Origin: Deltaproteobacteria bacterium
GTDB lineage: Bacteria > Desulfobacterota > Syntrophobacteria > BM002
Assembly (NCBI GenBank): GCA_019309045.1
Contig: JAFDGZ010000004.1
Span: 5,178 to 69,177 of the forward strand
Length of the DNA stretch: 64,000 bases
Reading direction: 5' to 3'
In this document: piece after piece, positions 1-9,663 of the stretch
How the letters are laid out: every line of letters starts with the position of its first letter
Numbering within the stretch: the stretch's first letter is position 1
The notes under the pieces: generated by a model
The model's database searches: none
What the model was told of the DNA's origin: nothing
The model's input: the letters and a program-made list of their open reading frames with translations, nothing else
Program-made: the position numbers and the translations under genes

Positions 1-102
1 CCCCACAAGAGAATGGAAAAAAGATTACCAGGCCAGAAGTGGCCACCCCAGGAAAAAAATGGAAAATATCTGCATCCCCACATGATCTCACCTTGAGTCG
101 AA

Positions 103-128
103 GGGGGAGGGGTGGGCTCTCCTCCCCC
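103..128 (-). terminator. GC-rich hairpin (GGGGGAGG ... CCTCCCCC, 8-bp stem) 13 nt downstream of the ZraP-like gene stop. No clear U-tract follows, so it is a possible terminator or RNA-stability hairpin only
   Basis: Perfect 8-bp inverted repeat read directly in the sequence. The position after the minus-strand stop at 141-143 fits a terminator, but the weak T-run lowers confidence. Confidence 0.3.
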
Positions 129-140
129 AGAGTCAGTTAA

Positions 141-542
141 CTAGCGCCAGCAGTAGCCGCCTGCATACGGTCCCATGTGATGTCCTCCATGATAACCATG
201 AGCACCACCACCCCAGCTCTGCAGTCCATGCTCCTGCGCCTTGAGCCGGAGCTGCTCCTGAAGTTGAAAGATTTCTCGAGAAAGCTCGGCAGTTCTCCTG
301 GGGTCAGGATTGGGCTGGGCCATGAGCGCAACGTACTCCGCCCTCTTGGCAGCCAGATCGCTTCTCAGTTTTGCAGTGTCATTGAGAAACTGCTGTTGAA
401 CGGTTGGATTGGTATTGGCATAGTAGCCACATCCCGGGCCCCATGCGCCCCAGCCTCCACCAGGACCCCACCAGGCCAGGGCCTGGGAGCCAACAAAACC
501 CAATGCTGCCACTGTGACCAGTACGATAATTAACTTTTTCAT
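141..542 (-). CDS. Periplasmic Spy/CpxP/ZraP-family protein (zinc-resistance-associated-protein-like), 133 aa, with a signal peptide and Gly/His/Trp-rich N- and C-terminal segments
   Basis: The true start is the internal MKKLIIVLVTVAALGFVG signal peptide, preceded by an AAGGAGG RBS. The central helical region carries LTxxQ-like repeats (QQQFLNDTAKLRSDL ... REIFQLQEQLRL). The termini are Gly/His-rich (WWGPGGGWGAWGPGCGYY; GGGAHGYHGGHHMGPYAGGYCW), as in ZraP. The gene is divergent from a ZraS/ZraR-like two-component pair. Confidence 0.6.
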   Translation of the reverse strand: MKKLIIVLVTVAALGFVGSQALAWWGPGGGWGAWGPGCGYYANTNPTVQQQFLNDTAKLRSDLAAKRAEYVALMAQPNPDPRRTAELSREIFQLQEQLRLKAQEHGLQSWGGGAHGYHGGHHMGPYAGGYCWR

Positions 543-613
543 CTCTACCTCCTTATCGTGTTGTTTTATTAGTCTTGGAGCCAAAACCAGGGCTCTTTGC
601 CCAGCGGTATAGC

Positions 614-629
614 GCAAGAGGCGTGCCAC
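614..629 (-). promoter_or_regulatory. Sigma-54 (RpoN) -24/-12 promoter, TGGCACGcctcTTGCG on the minus strand, driving the ZraP-like gene
   Basis: The minus-strand sequence gTGGCACGcctcTTGCGc matches the TGGCACG-N4-TTGCW consensus with exact GG-N10-GC spacing. It sits about 70 nt upstream of the ZraP-like start. A sigma-54-dependent activator is encoded divergently at 2752-4149. Confidence 0.55.
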
Positions 630-961
630 AGGCGGGAGATAATTTGTAACTATTTGATTATATAGCATAAGCTTTAATATCTGGATGTCAGGTCAGCGGC
701 AGGGCAGCCACGACAGGGGATAGGGTGAGTAAAAAATACACACTTTCTGCATCCGGAAGTGTTTACAAAGTATCCAGGTCAGGTTATCTAAGAGGGGGGC
801 AGGGACAGGAGGCTGGGAGGTTTGCATGGTAGGAAGTTCTGAGAAGACGACGCTTTGCGCTGCGAACCCTTAGCCTCTCACTCAAAATTAGCTTGAATGG
901 AGTTAATTCTTGACGGACCGGGCTAGGGGCAACGCCCAGACGAGGCAACAAGAGACTTCAA

Positions 962-2755
962 ATGAAGTTCGAGACTATTAGAAAAAAGCGGCTAGGAATG
1001 TACCTTTCTCCCTGGGTAATTGTGGGAGGAGTGGTCATTTTGCTCACGGTGGTCATGACGCTGGCGGTGAGAAATATTAATCGGGAAAAGCGCTACATGT
1101 CTCAGCTCCTTCTGGAAAAAGGCGCCGCCCTGATCAGGTCGTTTGAGGCTGGAGCCCGCACCGGCATGATGGCCATGATGTGGGGTGGTGATCAGGTCCA
1201 GAATCTGTTGGAAGAGACGGCGCGGCAGCCAGACATTGTCTACCTGGCAGTGACTGATGAAACGGGCTTGGTCCTGGCCCACAGTGACACGAGTCAGATT
1301 GGTCGCAGACTCATGGAGCCGAGCACACTTGCAGCACTGCATCCCAGTGCAGTTGTCCAGTGGAGGCTGACTGATTCGCAGAGAGTCCGTCGGGTTTTCG
1401 AAGTTTACAAGTATTTCCAACCGCTGGCAAATTGCGGCCATGAGAGGCTGGGAAGACGGCGCGGCCACATGGCTGCTCCAATGATGAAGCGCTGGAAAAA
1501 CGACTGGTGTTTCCCGGATGAAAAGAGCAAGCAACAGAGGATTATATTCGCTGCCTTTGATACCACACCATTCTTGGAGGCGCGCAGGGAGGACATACGC
1601 AATACCATGGTGCTGTCAGCGGTGCTGCTGCTCCTCGGTTTTGCCGGGTTCGTCTCCCTTTTCATAGCCGAGAGTTACCGGGCCACGAACCGGGCGTTGC
1701 AGGACACCAGCGCCTTTGCCAACGAGGTGGTGCGGAGTCTTCCCGTGGGTCTGATCGCTACGGACAGAGACGGCCGCATTGCCTTTCTCAATGAAGCGGC
1801 TGAAAAAATAACTGGCTCGACCCTGGCTCAAGTCCGAGGCAAACCTCCTGAAGAGGTATTTTCCAAACAGTGGTGCAACTTCAAGGAGATCCTGGAAAGT
1901 GGCCAGGCAGTACTCGAACGGGAGATGGAGTGCTTTTTCTCAGCAGAAGCACCTATGCCTCTGAGTGTGAGTGGCTCGAAGATCATCAATGAAGAAGGAG
2001 AATTTGTCGGTAATATCCTCATACTTAGAGACCTGGGCGAAGTCAAGAGGCTGCAGGCTGAAATTCGCCGCCAGGAAAAGCTGGCCGCCCTCGGTAATCT
2101 GGCAGCAGGCGTGGCCCACGAGATCAGGAACCCTCTCAGTTCCATCAAGGGACTGGCTGGCTATTTTGGGGACAAATTCGATGAGGGCAGCGAAGACAGA
2201 GAGGCAGCTGCAGTAATGGTACGTGAGGTTGACCGTTTGAACAGGGTAATCAGTGAGTTGCTGGAATTTGCCAGGCCTTCGGAGCTGCGACTCCGAGAGA
2301 TGAATGTCAATGAGGTCTTGCAGCACTCGGTGCGGCTCATTCAAGAAGATGCCAGGGCCAGTGGTGTGAAGCTGGAGGTGGCCTTGGCAGACGACCTGCC
2401 GTCGGTGTTCATTGATCCTGATCGTTTTTCTCAGGCCATACTCAATCTCTGCCTCAATGGGATTCAGGCCATGACCGAGGGGGGAATTCTGTCAATAAGC
2501 AGTATGCTGACCCGCAATCGCCGAGTGGCCGTTGAGATTGCTGATACTGGGCCTGGCATTCGAACTGAGGAGCTCTCAAAGGTGTTCGATCCGTATTTCA
2601 CCACAAAAACCAAAGGAACAGGATTGGGTCTGGCCATTGTGCACAAGATAGTGGAGGCTCACGGCGGAAACATCAAAGTAAAGAGCGAAGTTGGCAAAGG
2701 TGCGCTCTTTACCATTTATCTGCCTGCCTCGGCTGGTGGAATCGAGAGGAATTGA
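962..2755 (+). CDS. Sensor histidine kinase, ZraS-like: two TM helices flanking a periplasmic sensor domain, then PAS, HisKA and HATPase domains
   Basis: The N-terminal TM helix, a ~170-aa periplasmic segment and a second TM helix are visible. The H-box is AAGVAHEIRNPL. G-boxes DTGPGI and GTGLGLAIV are present. The stop overlaps the downstream regulator start (ATGA). Confidence 0.85.
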   Translation: MKFETIRKKRLGMYLSPWVIVGGVVILLTVVMTLAVRNINREKRYMSQLLLEKGAALIRSFEAGARTGMMAMMWGGDQVQNLLEETARQPDIVYLAVTDETGLVLAHSDTSQIGRRLMEPSTLAALHPSAVVQWRLTDSQRVRRVFEVYKYFQPLANCGHERLGRRRGHMAAPMMKRWKNDWCFPDEKSKQQRIIFAAFDTTPFLEARREDIRNTMVLSAVLLLLGFAGFVSLFIAESYRATNRALQDTSAFANEVVRSLPVGLIATDRDGRIAFLNEAAEKITGSTLAQVRGKPPEEVFSKQWCNFKEILESGQAVLEREMECFFSAEAPMPLSVSGSKIINEEGEFVGNILILRDLGEVKRLQAEIRRQEKLAALGNLAAGVAHEIRNPLSSIKGLAGYFGDKFDEGSEDREAAAVMVREVDRLNRVISELLEFARPSELRLREMNVNEVLQHSVRLIQEDARASGVKLEVALADDLPSVFIDPDRFSQAILNLCLNGIQAMTEGGILSISSMLTRNRRVAVEIADTGPGIRTEELSKVFDPYFTTKTKGTGLGLAIVHKIVEAHGGNIKVKSEVGKGALFTIYLPASAGGIERN

Positions 2756-4149
2756 CTATGAACCAGAAAGCCCAGGCACGAATTCTGGTGGTTGATGACG
2801 ATGCCTCGCATCTCACTGTGCTGCTTACTATCATCAAGAACTGGGGCTATCGGGTAGAAGGAGCAGATGACGGCAGTATGGCAGTGGACAAGGTCAAGGA
2901 TAATCCCTTCGACCTGGTGCTGATGGACGTTCGCATGGCGGAGATGAGCGGCATCGAAGCCTTGAAACTGATCAAGGAATATAATCCGGCAATTCCCATT
3001 CTCATCATGACGGCCTACTCCTCTATAGAGTCGGCGGTGGAGGCGCTCAAGGCAGGAGCCTACGATTATCTTACCAAGCCCCTGGACTTCGACGTCCTGA
3101 AATTGACTCTGGAGAGGGCCCTGGAGCACACCAACCTCAAGGAGGAAATTCGCACCCTTAAACAAAGGCTTGTTTCCGATTTCAAACTGGACAAGATTAT
3201 TGGCAAGAGCCCGGCAATGAAGGAGCTGCTGGAGATGGTGGCCATGGTGGCTCCATCCGAGGCCACTGCTCTGATTACCGGCGAAAGCGGCACCGGCAAG
3301 GAGCTGATCGCCAGGTCCATTCACTACAACAGTGGCCGCCAGGAGGGTCCGTTGGTTATCGTCAATTGTGCTGCTCTGACTGAAACTCTGCTGGAGTCGG
3401 AACTGTTCGGCCACGAGAAGGGAGCCTTTACCGGTGCAGACAGAAGACGGGAAGGACGGTTCATGCAAGCCAACAAGGGGACCATCTTTCTCGATGAGAT
3501 CGGCGAGATGTCGCCAATGATGCAGGCCAAACTGCTCCGGGTCATCCAGGAAAGGGAGATACAACGGGTGGGCAGTGATGAGAGTCTCAAGGTTGATGTT
3601 CGCATCCTGGCAGCCACCAACAGGGACCTTCAGGATGAGGTCTCGGCAGGCAGGTTCAGAGAAGATCTCTATTACCGTTTGAATGTGGTTACTTTGCGAG
3701 TGCCGCCATTGAGGGAGCGACGCGAGGATATCCCTCTGCTGGCGCAACACTTTCTGGAAATATACAGCAAGAAAAACAGGAGACAGCTCAAAGGCTTCAG
3801 CCCTGTGGCTATGGACATGCTCCTCAAGTACGAGTGGCCTGGTAATGTGCGCGAACTGGAGAATGCAGTGGAAAGGGCAGTCATACTCTCCCTCGGCGAC
3901 TACATAACCGAAACAGAATTGCCTATGAGTATAACCAAGGGGTACTCGCCCGTCCAAATGGTCCCCTTGATGGCCCAGGGAGCAACTTCTGGGCGCTCAC
4001 TCGAGGAGATCGAAAAAGAGGCAGTGTTGGCCACTCTCGAGGCAGTGGGCGGCAACAAGAGCGAGGCGGCCAGAAGGCTGGGGATTACCAGAAAGACGCT
4101 GCACAAGAAGCTGCAGAAGTATGAAAAAGAAAGAAAGCCAAGAGGCTGA
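2752..4149 (+). CDS. Sigma-54-dependent response regulator (NtrC/ZraR/AtoC family): receiver domain, AAA+ sigma-54 activator domain, Fis-type HTH
   Basis: Receiver-domain start ILVVDDD with the conserved Asp. Walker A is GESGTGKE. The GAFTGA sigma-54 contact motif is present. A C-terminal HTH (GNKSEAARRLGITRKTLHKKL) closes the protein. Confidence 0.9.
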   Translation: MTMNQKAQARILVVDDDASHLTVLLTIIKNWGYRVEGADDGSMAVDKVKDNPFDLVLMDVRMAEMSGIEALKLIKEYNPAIPILIMTAYSSIESAVEALKAGAYDYLTKPLDFDVLKLTLERALEHTNLKEEIRTLKQRLVSDFKLDKIIGKSPAMKELLEMVAMVAPSEATALITGESGTGKELIARSIHYNSGRQEGPLVIVNCAALTETLLESELFGHEKGAFTGADRRREGRFMQANKGTIFLDEIGEMSPMMQAKLLRVIQEREIQRVGSDESLKVDVRILAATNRDLQDEVSAGRFREDLYYRLNVVTLRVPPLRERREDIPLLAQHFLEIYSKKNRRQLKGFSPVAMDMLLKYEWPGNVRELENAVERAVILSLGDYITETELPMSITKGYSPVQMVPLMAQGATSGRSLEEIEKEAVLATLEAVGGNKSEAARRLGITRKTLHKKLQKYEKERKPRG

Positions 4150-4546
4150 GCGGGGCTCCGGCTATCCCAGTTGTGCTCTTGTGGGCAGGGTATGTTTGTC
4201 GCTTTTGATGATCTGGAGTTTTAGAGCAGAAGACAATGTCTTCACATATAGATAGTGCCGCGATGGTTCTCGTCTTATACACAGAGTCACTTGTTTCTAT
4301 TGCAATGCCGCCAAGCTCCCGATACGTTGGAGCAAGGGTGATGCTAAGGGCGGCCAGGGCTATGTACCATACTATGTACTCGGTGATTTTCCCATCCGGA
4401 AAGACGTGCCGCCACCCAAAGGAGCTCGCAGCCTCTTGAAACTCAACGTCTGGACCTCGGATCCCAATTATGTCTGGACCAACGGTCAGAAAATCCTGGA
4501 CTTCTGGGTATCTCACCTCAAGTAAGTTGTTGACTCCATCCCGGGC

Positions 4547-6415
4547 GTGCTCCTCCGGGTGCCACCCGGGTTTTCTGAAGATGATTCATTGGAAGCCGTT
4601 TTCTCTCCCACAAAAGAATCGTTGGCAGTTACCTTCAGCAAGATTCGCAACTACCTTCGTCAACCTCATGTCATAATATCTCTGATCCTTCTGGCCCTCC
4701 TCCTCATCATTGTAATCATACCTTTTTTAAAGATGATAAAAGACACCTTTGTCTGGCATTTTGCCGACGTACGGTTGTTTAGAAGCGCCAGTCCGGGGGA
4801 GTTTACTCTTTTTCACTGGAGAAGGATCTTTGCCAGCAGCCTTACCAGGAACATCCTGGTGCGTCCTCTGTGGAATTCCCTTGCTACTGCTTTGAGCGTC
4901 TCCTTGTTTGCCATGCTTATTGGCTCGGTGCTTGCCTGGCTGGCGGTCAGAACCGACCTGCCGCTACGCGGCTTTGTTGCCACCGCCGTGGTACTGCCAT
5001 ACGTCATTCCCTCCTACATTCATGCCCTGGCCTGGTTGAGTCTCTTCAAGAACGACCGGGTAGGGGGAGTAGCCGGCCTTTTTCAATTCTTCACCGGCAT
5101 CAGCCCACCCAACTGGCTGTCTTACGGCTACTTTCCAATTGTTTTGACTCTGTAGGTGCATTATTTCCCCTTTACCTTTCTGTTGGTGTCTGCTGCCCTG
5201 ACAAGCATTGACTCGAGCCTGGAAGAATCTGGAGAGATCTTTGAGGCAACGAGAGTGCACATCTTGCGCAAAATTACCTTTCCCCTGGTGCTGCCTGCCT
5301 TGATGTCTAGCTTTATTCTCACTTTTTCCAGGGTGGTGGGCACCTTTGGCACTCCCTATTTCCTCGGGACCCCAGTGCGCTATTACACGCTGGCAACGCA
5401 GATATATGCAAATATTATGAACAGGGTGCCTTCAGTGGGCTACATTCTTGCCTTTATCCTGATTGCGATTTCTTCGAGCATCATTCACTTCAACCAGCGT
5501 ATAATCGGCAAAAGAAAAAGCTTCGTCACTATCGCCGGCAAAGGCTTCAGGGTCGTGCGCACCCCCCTGGGAAAGATGCGTTACCCTCTACTGGCGGCCG
5601 TTGGCATGCTCCTGATAATCTCAGTTGTGATGCCCTTTCTTCTCATACTCTGGCAGACGTTTGCTTTATATAGCAGCGACTATTCCCTCGAGCATCTGAC
5701 GCTGCTCTTCTGGATAGGCAAGGGTGGTACAGCCTTTGCTGAAGGTGAGGCGGGTCTGCTGCGCAACCGTGCCATCATCAAGGCTGCCTGGAACAGTATC
5801 AAGCTTGCCCTGGTGGCATCCTGCTTTGCTGGCTTTTTTGGCATTTTCATAGGATACGCAGTGGTCAAAGGTCGCAACACCAGGCTTGCTCATCTGGTTG
5901 AACAGACTTCTTTTCTACCCTACCTGGTTCCAGGCATCGCTTTCGGGGCGCTCTATCTGTCCCTCTTTACGCACAAGATCGGCCCCATACCGGCTCTCTA
6001 TGGCAGTTTCTTGCTGTTGGCCCTGGTCTGCATTGCCAAGAATCTTCCCTTTACCGGCAGGGTAGGCATTACCTCCATGATGCAGATCGGCGGAGAACTG
6101 GAGGAGGCCTCGGAGACCCTGGGAGCAAGCTGGTTCTATCGCTTCAGAAAAATTATCCTGCCGCTTTCGTTTCAGGGGGCACTTTCTGGCTTTATTCTGG
6201 TGTTCATTACTGTAATGCGGGAGCTTTCGCTTATTATTCTGCTGGTGAACCCTGGTACCAGGACGCTTACTACCATGACTTTCCGCTATGAAGAACAGGG
6301 ATACACCCAGTTTTCCAGTGCTATCAGCGTCATGATTATCATCATTGTCGTGGTTGGCGAACTTCTGTCCAAGAGATTAGCGAAAGAGAAGGTAATCCAG
6401 AGATTGAGCGAGTAG
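4547..6415 (+). pseudogene. Fused two-domain ABC importer permease of the FbpB/ThiP iron(III)/thiamine type, interrupted by a single in-frame TAG at 5153-5155. It is either a pseudogene, a sequencing error or a read-through site
   Basis: ORFs 4547-5155 and 5156-6415 are in the same frame, separated only by the TAG. The stop falls inside the first transmembrane domain (...PIVLTL*VHYFPF...). Two EAA permease loops are present (EESGEIFEATRVHILRKITFPLVLPAL and LEEASETLGASWFYRFRKIILPLS). No substrate-binding protein gene is adjacent. Confidence 0.65.
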
Positions 6416-6420
6416 AGCAG

Positions 6421-7536
6421 ATGTCTGCACCTATTGTGGAAGTGAGAAACCTTACCAAGAAGTATGGTGATGTGGTGGCAGTAGATGATGTTTCATTTGT
6501 CATCGAGGAGAAAGAGTTTCTAGTGTTGCTCGGTCCCTCGGGGTGCGGCAAGACTACAATGCTGCGGATGATAGCAGGTCTAGAGGTTCCTACTTCTGGG
6601 GAGATCTATCTGAAGAATTCCCTGGTTTTCTCGAGCAAGAAAGGGGTCTTCATCCCTGCCCGGGAGCGGGACGTTGGTCTGGTGTTTCAAAGCTATGCCC
6701 TCTGGCCCCACATGACTGTATTCGACAACATAGCCTTCGGCCTGCGAGTAAAGAAAAAGGATAGAGAGACCATCAGCAAGAGTGTGGCCCATGTGCTGGG
6801 GTACATGCAGCTGGCAGGCATGGAGCAGCGATATCCCCAGGAGATGAGCGGTGGCCAGCAGCAAAGGGTTGCTCTGGCAAGAATGCTAGTGAGTGAGCCC
6901 CATATCTTCCTCATGGACGAGCCCCTGTCCAATTTAGATGCAAAACTGCGGCTGGAAATGCGGGCTGAGATCAAAAATTTGCATCTACAGACGAATGCAA
7001 CTACGGTTTATGTGACCCACGACCAGGTTGAAGCCCAGACCATGGCTGATCGGATTGCCGTTATAAACAGAGGACGGGTAGAGCAGCTGGACACGCCGAA
7101 GAATGTTTATCATCAGCCCCGGACGCTTTTTGTGGCAGATTTCATCGGCAGTCCACCCATCAACCAGCTGCTTGGCAGAGTGCAGCAGTCGACCGATACC
7201 GACGCTGCGGGCCTGCAAGTGAAAACCGCGTTTTCATGTTGGCAAACGGCATACCACGGCCTGAAAGACGGCCACCAGGTGGTACTGGCAATACGCCCGG
7301 AAAATGTGGCCCTGGTGTCAGAGCATGGCCTGAATACAATCGAGGCCAGAGTTCAAACGGTTCTGCCCTCAGGCCCGGAGACAGTATTGAAGGTTGCGCA
7401 TGAGAAAGAACTCTTCAACGTCCTGGTTATGAGGGAGGTGGAAGTGCGACTGGGAGAGACCATTCTCGTACATCTTCCTGTAGAACACATCTTGCTTTTC
7501 GACTATAACTCTGGGGAACTCCTGCCATCAAGGTGA
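6421..7536 (+). CDS. ABC transporter ATP-binding protein (FbpC/PotA/MalK type) with a C-terminal TOBE-like domain
   Basis: Walker A LLGPSGCGKTT, ABC signature LSGGQQQRVALAR and Walker B FLMDEPLSNLD are all present. Confidence 0.9.
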   Translation: MSAPIVEVRNLTKKYGDVVAVDDVSFVIEEKEFLVLLGPSGCGKTTMLRMIAGLEVPTSGEIYLKNSLVFSSKKGVFIPARERDVGLVFQSYALWPHMTVFDNIAFGLRVKKKDRETISKSVAHVLGYMQLAGMEQRYPQEMSGGQQQRVALARMLVSEPHIFLMDEPLSNLDAKLRLEMRAEIKNLHLQTNATTVYVTHDQVEAQTMADRIAVINRGRVEQLDTPKNVYHQPRTLFVADFIGSPPINQLLGRVQQSTDTDAAGLQVKTAFSCWQTAYHGLKDGHQVVLAIRPENVALVSEHGLNTIEARVQTVLPSGPETVLKVAHEKELFNVLVMREVEVRLGETILVHLPVEHILLFDYNSGELLPSR

Positions 7537-8792
7537 AGTCCATGGTGAACGCGAAACTTGAAGTGTTCAAAAAAGAAATCATTGAGGCAGCGGCTTCGGT
7601 TCTCGCCGCCATTGAACATAATCCTCAGACAACCACAGTGGTGCATCACAATGATGCTGACGGTCTATGTGCCGCAGCCGCTCTGCTCAGGGTATTCAAA
7701 ACCCTGTCACTTCCCTGTTGTCTCTTGCCAGTAGAAAAGATTCACGAACTCATCGTTGAAAAAATCCATGACCGCCACCAGGGTGTAGTTTTCTATGCCG
7801 ACCTGGGAGGGCAGTCTTCTCACCTCATCGGTAGACATGCCGCTGGCAACAGGCTTGTGGTCATTGTGGATCACCATTTGCCGGGTGGAAAGACGCCGGC
7901 CCAGGTGGTTCACCTCAACCCGGAACATTTTGGCATAGACGGCGATACGGAAGCTTCGGGGGCCGCCGTCTCTGCTTATTTCGCAGAGCAGCTGCTGAGG
8001 CGGTCAGGGGTGGAATCGGCGGCTGTTCAGGGCGAACTGGCCCTGTTTGCAGTACTCGGTGCCTATGGGGATGGACAATTCCAGGAAATGGAGTTGCTCG
8101 GACTCAATAAGAAGCTGCTGGCTGCAGCAATTGCCAACGGTTACTTGCGCAGCGCTGAGCGGACTCTTGTTGTGCCCACTATGGGGGCCAGGACAGTGGC
8201 AGAGATCACTGACATACTGAACCTCCTCGGTTCCGTCGGCTTTCAGGAGAGCGGCCCGCAAGTTGCCGTGCGCTTCCTTCTTGGAGAAGACCAGGGGTTG
8301 GCGCTGCAGAAAGCTGCCAACCTGGCCGCCCTCAGGGAGCAAAGCTTCGAGGCTGAGTTGCAACGAATTCGCCAGGGAGCACTGCAGCAAAGCGTCCATG
8401 TTCAATGGTTGGATGTCAGAGACCGATTTCTACCCATGGGTGTCAAGGCAATCGGTCTGTTTCTGGAGAGACTCATTGCCGAGCAGCTCGTAAAGCCGGA
8501 CAAATATCTCGTTGGTTTCCAGCACTTTCCTGAATCCGTACCAGGCGTGGGGGAAATAGGCCTGGTGCTGACAAAGGTTTCCGCCCGAGTACCTCCTGCC
8601 CTCAAGAGGCGGATAATCGAGGGGCTGCAGCCAGATCTTATGCATTTGCTGCCTGAGGCGACCAGGATCGTGGGTGGGACTGCTGACGGTTGTCACAGAT
8701 TTTCAGCAGCATCGCTTGTTGAACGGGGCAAGGAGGAAGCATTCGTGGCAGCCTTGGAACAGGCTCTAATTCTGGAAGTCACTGGCAGGTGA
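7533..8792 (+). CDS. DHH-family phosphoesterase (DHH plus DHHA1-like, NrnA/RecJ-like)
   Basis: Motifs HHNDADG, VIVDHH, GAYGDG and a C-terminal GGTADGCH (the DHHA1 GGGH-like motif). The GTG/ATG start overlaps the stop of the upstream ABC ATPase. Confidence 0.65.
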   Translation: MKSMVNAKLEVFKKEIIEAAASVLAAIEHNPQTTTVVHHNDADGLCAAAALLRVFKTLSLPCCLLPVEKIHELIVEKIHDRHQGVVFYADLGGQSSHLIGRHAAGNRLVVIVDHHLPGGKTPAQVVHLNPEHFGIDGDTEASGAAVSAYFAEQLLRRSGVESAAVQGELALFAVLGAYGDGQFQEMELLGLNKKLLAAAIANGYLRSAERTLVVPTMGARTVAEITDILNLLGSVGFQESGPQVAVRFLLGEDQGLALQKAANLAALREQSFEAELQRIRQGALQQSVHVQWLDVRDRFLPMGVKAIGLFLERLIAEQLVKPDKYLVGFQHFPESVPGVGEIGLVLTKVSARVPPALKRRIIEGLQPDLMHLLPEATRIVGGTADGCHRFSAASLVERGKEEAFVAALEQALILEVTGR

Positions 8793-8847
8793 ACAATAAA
8801 GAAAAATTTATTTGCCTCCGTCGAGAGCGAGAGAGAAGGAATCCTGC

Positions 8848-9663
8848 CTACTCCTGTCTTCGGTAATACTTCATAGCTTCTGGAATCAACTCCTCTATCT
8901 TCCTGATGCGGGTCTCGTCCGAGGGGTGTGTGCTGAGGAATTCGGGGGGGGCCTTGCCTTTTTTTTCTGCAGCCATCCTGCGCCAGAAGGGTACAGCCTC
9001 TCGGGGGTCATAGCCAGCCATGGCCATGAGAATGAGGCCCAAGTGGTCCGCTTCTTCTTCCTGCAAGCGGCTGTATGGCAGCAAAATGCCCACCTGAGCG
9101 CCCAGGCCGTAGGCTGCCATAAATAGTTGATTGGTTTGTGACGGATGCGTATCCAGGGCCACGGCCAGAGCGATTCCTCCCATCTGGTAGAGCAAGCCCT
9201 GGCTCATCCTTTCGTTGCCGTGCTTTGCTATGGCGTGGCCTATTTCATGGCCCATTACCACGGCGAGTCCGGTTTCATCCTTGGTGATGGGCAGTATGCC
9301 CGTATATACTACCACCTTGCCGCCAGGCATGGCCCAGGCGTTGACTTCGTCGCTCTCCACCAGGTTGAACTCCCAGTCATAGCCCTTCAGTTCCTGCGTG
9401 AGGCCGTGTTGGCTGAAATATTCCTCCACAGCCTTCTGGATGCGTTTGCCTACTCTTTTGACCATGGCCACCTGTTCTTTATTCTCGCTCAGTTTATGGC
9501 TGCTGAGGAACTTGTCGTACTCTTGGAAGCTCAATGCCAACATGGTGGAATCCGGCACCAGATCGAGCTGTGACCTGCCAGTAATCGGTACAGTGCTGCA
9601 GGCCCAGACAAGCGAGAACAGAATCAGAACCGCTAGCAAAAGGGCGGACGCTCTTTTTCGCAT
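8848..9663 (-). CDS. M48-family zinc metallopeptidase lipoprotein (LoiP/YggG-like)
   Basis: HEIGHAIAKH is an HExxH motif. A downstream glutamate is present (EEEADHLGLILMAMAGY). A lipoprotein signal (LLAVLILFSLVWAC) follows the start. The start was chosen at MRKRAS, which has a GAGGTGG RBS. Confidence 0.8.
   Translation of the reverse strand: MRKRASALLLAVLILFSLVWACSTVPITGRSQLDLVPDSTMLALSFQEYDKFLSSHKLSENKEQVAMVKRVGKRIQKAVEEYFSQHGLTQELKGYDWEFNLVESDEVNAWAMPGGKVVVYTGILPITKDETGLAVVMGHEIGHAIAKHGNERMSQGLLYQMGGIALAVALDTHPSQTNQLFMAAYGLGAQVGILLPYSRLQEEEADHLGLILMAMAGYDPREAVPFWRRMAAEKKGKAPPEFLSTHPSDETRIRKIEELIPEAMKYYRRQE

Noticed and set aside
1-83. Partial minus-strand ORF at the left edge (MWGCRYFPFFSWGGHFWPGNLFSILLW...) with a GGTGA RBS
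   Set aside because: It is only 27 codons in view, has no recognisable family, and may be spurious. It is not reported as a feature.
2716-3957. Long antisense ORFs (2716-3957, 19994-21130, 28067-29077, 29707-30729, 33311-34519, 35484-36605, 56972-58030, 62277-63329 and others)
   Set aside because: Each lies entirely opposite a confidently identified gene. Their translations are low-complexity, with no recognisable motifs, typical of shadow ORFs in GC-rich DNA.
4150-4650. TPP, cobalamin or other riboswitch upstream of the ABC importer
   Set aside because: No CTGAGA-type TPP core or other riboswitch core was visible, and the permease looks FbpB-like rather than a dedicated thiamine system.
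5153-5155. Pyrrolysine decoding of the permease TAG
   Set aside because: No pylT/pylS/pylBCD genes are present in the window, and permeases are not known Pyl proteins. It is kept only as a remote alternative in the finding.
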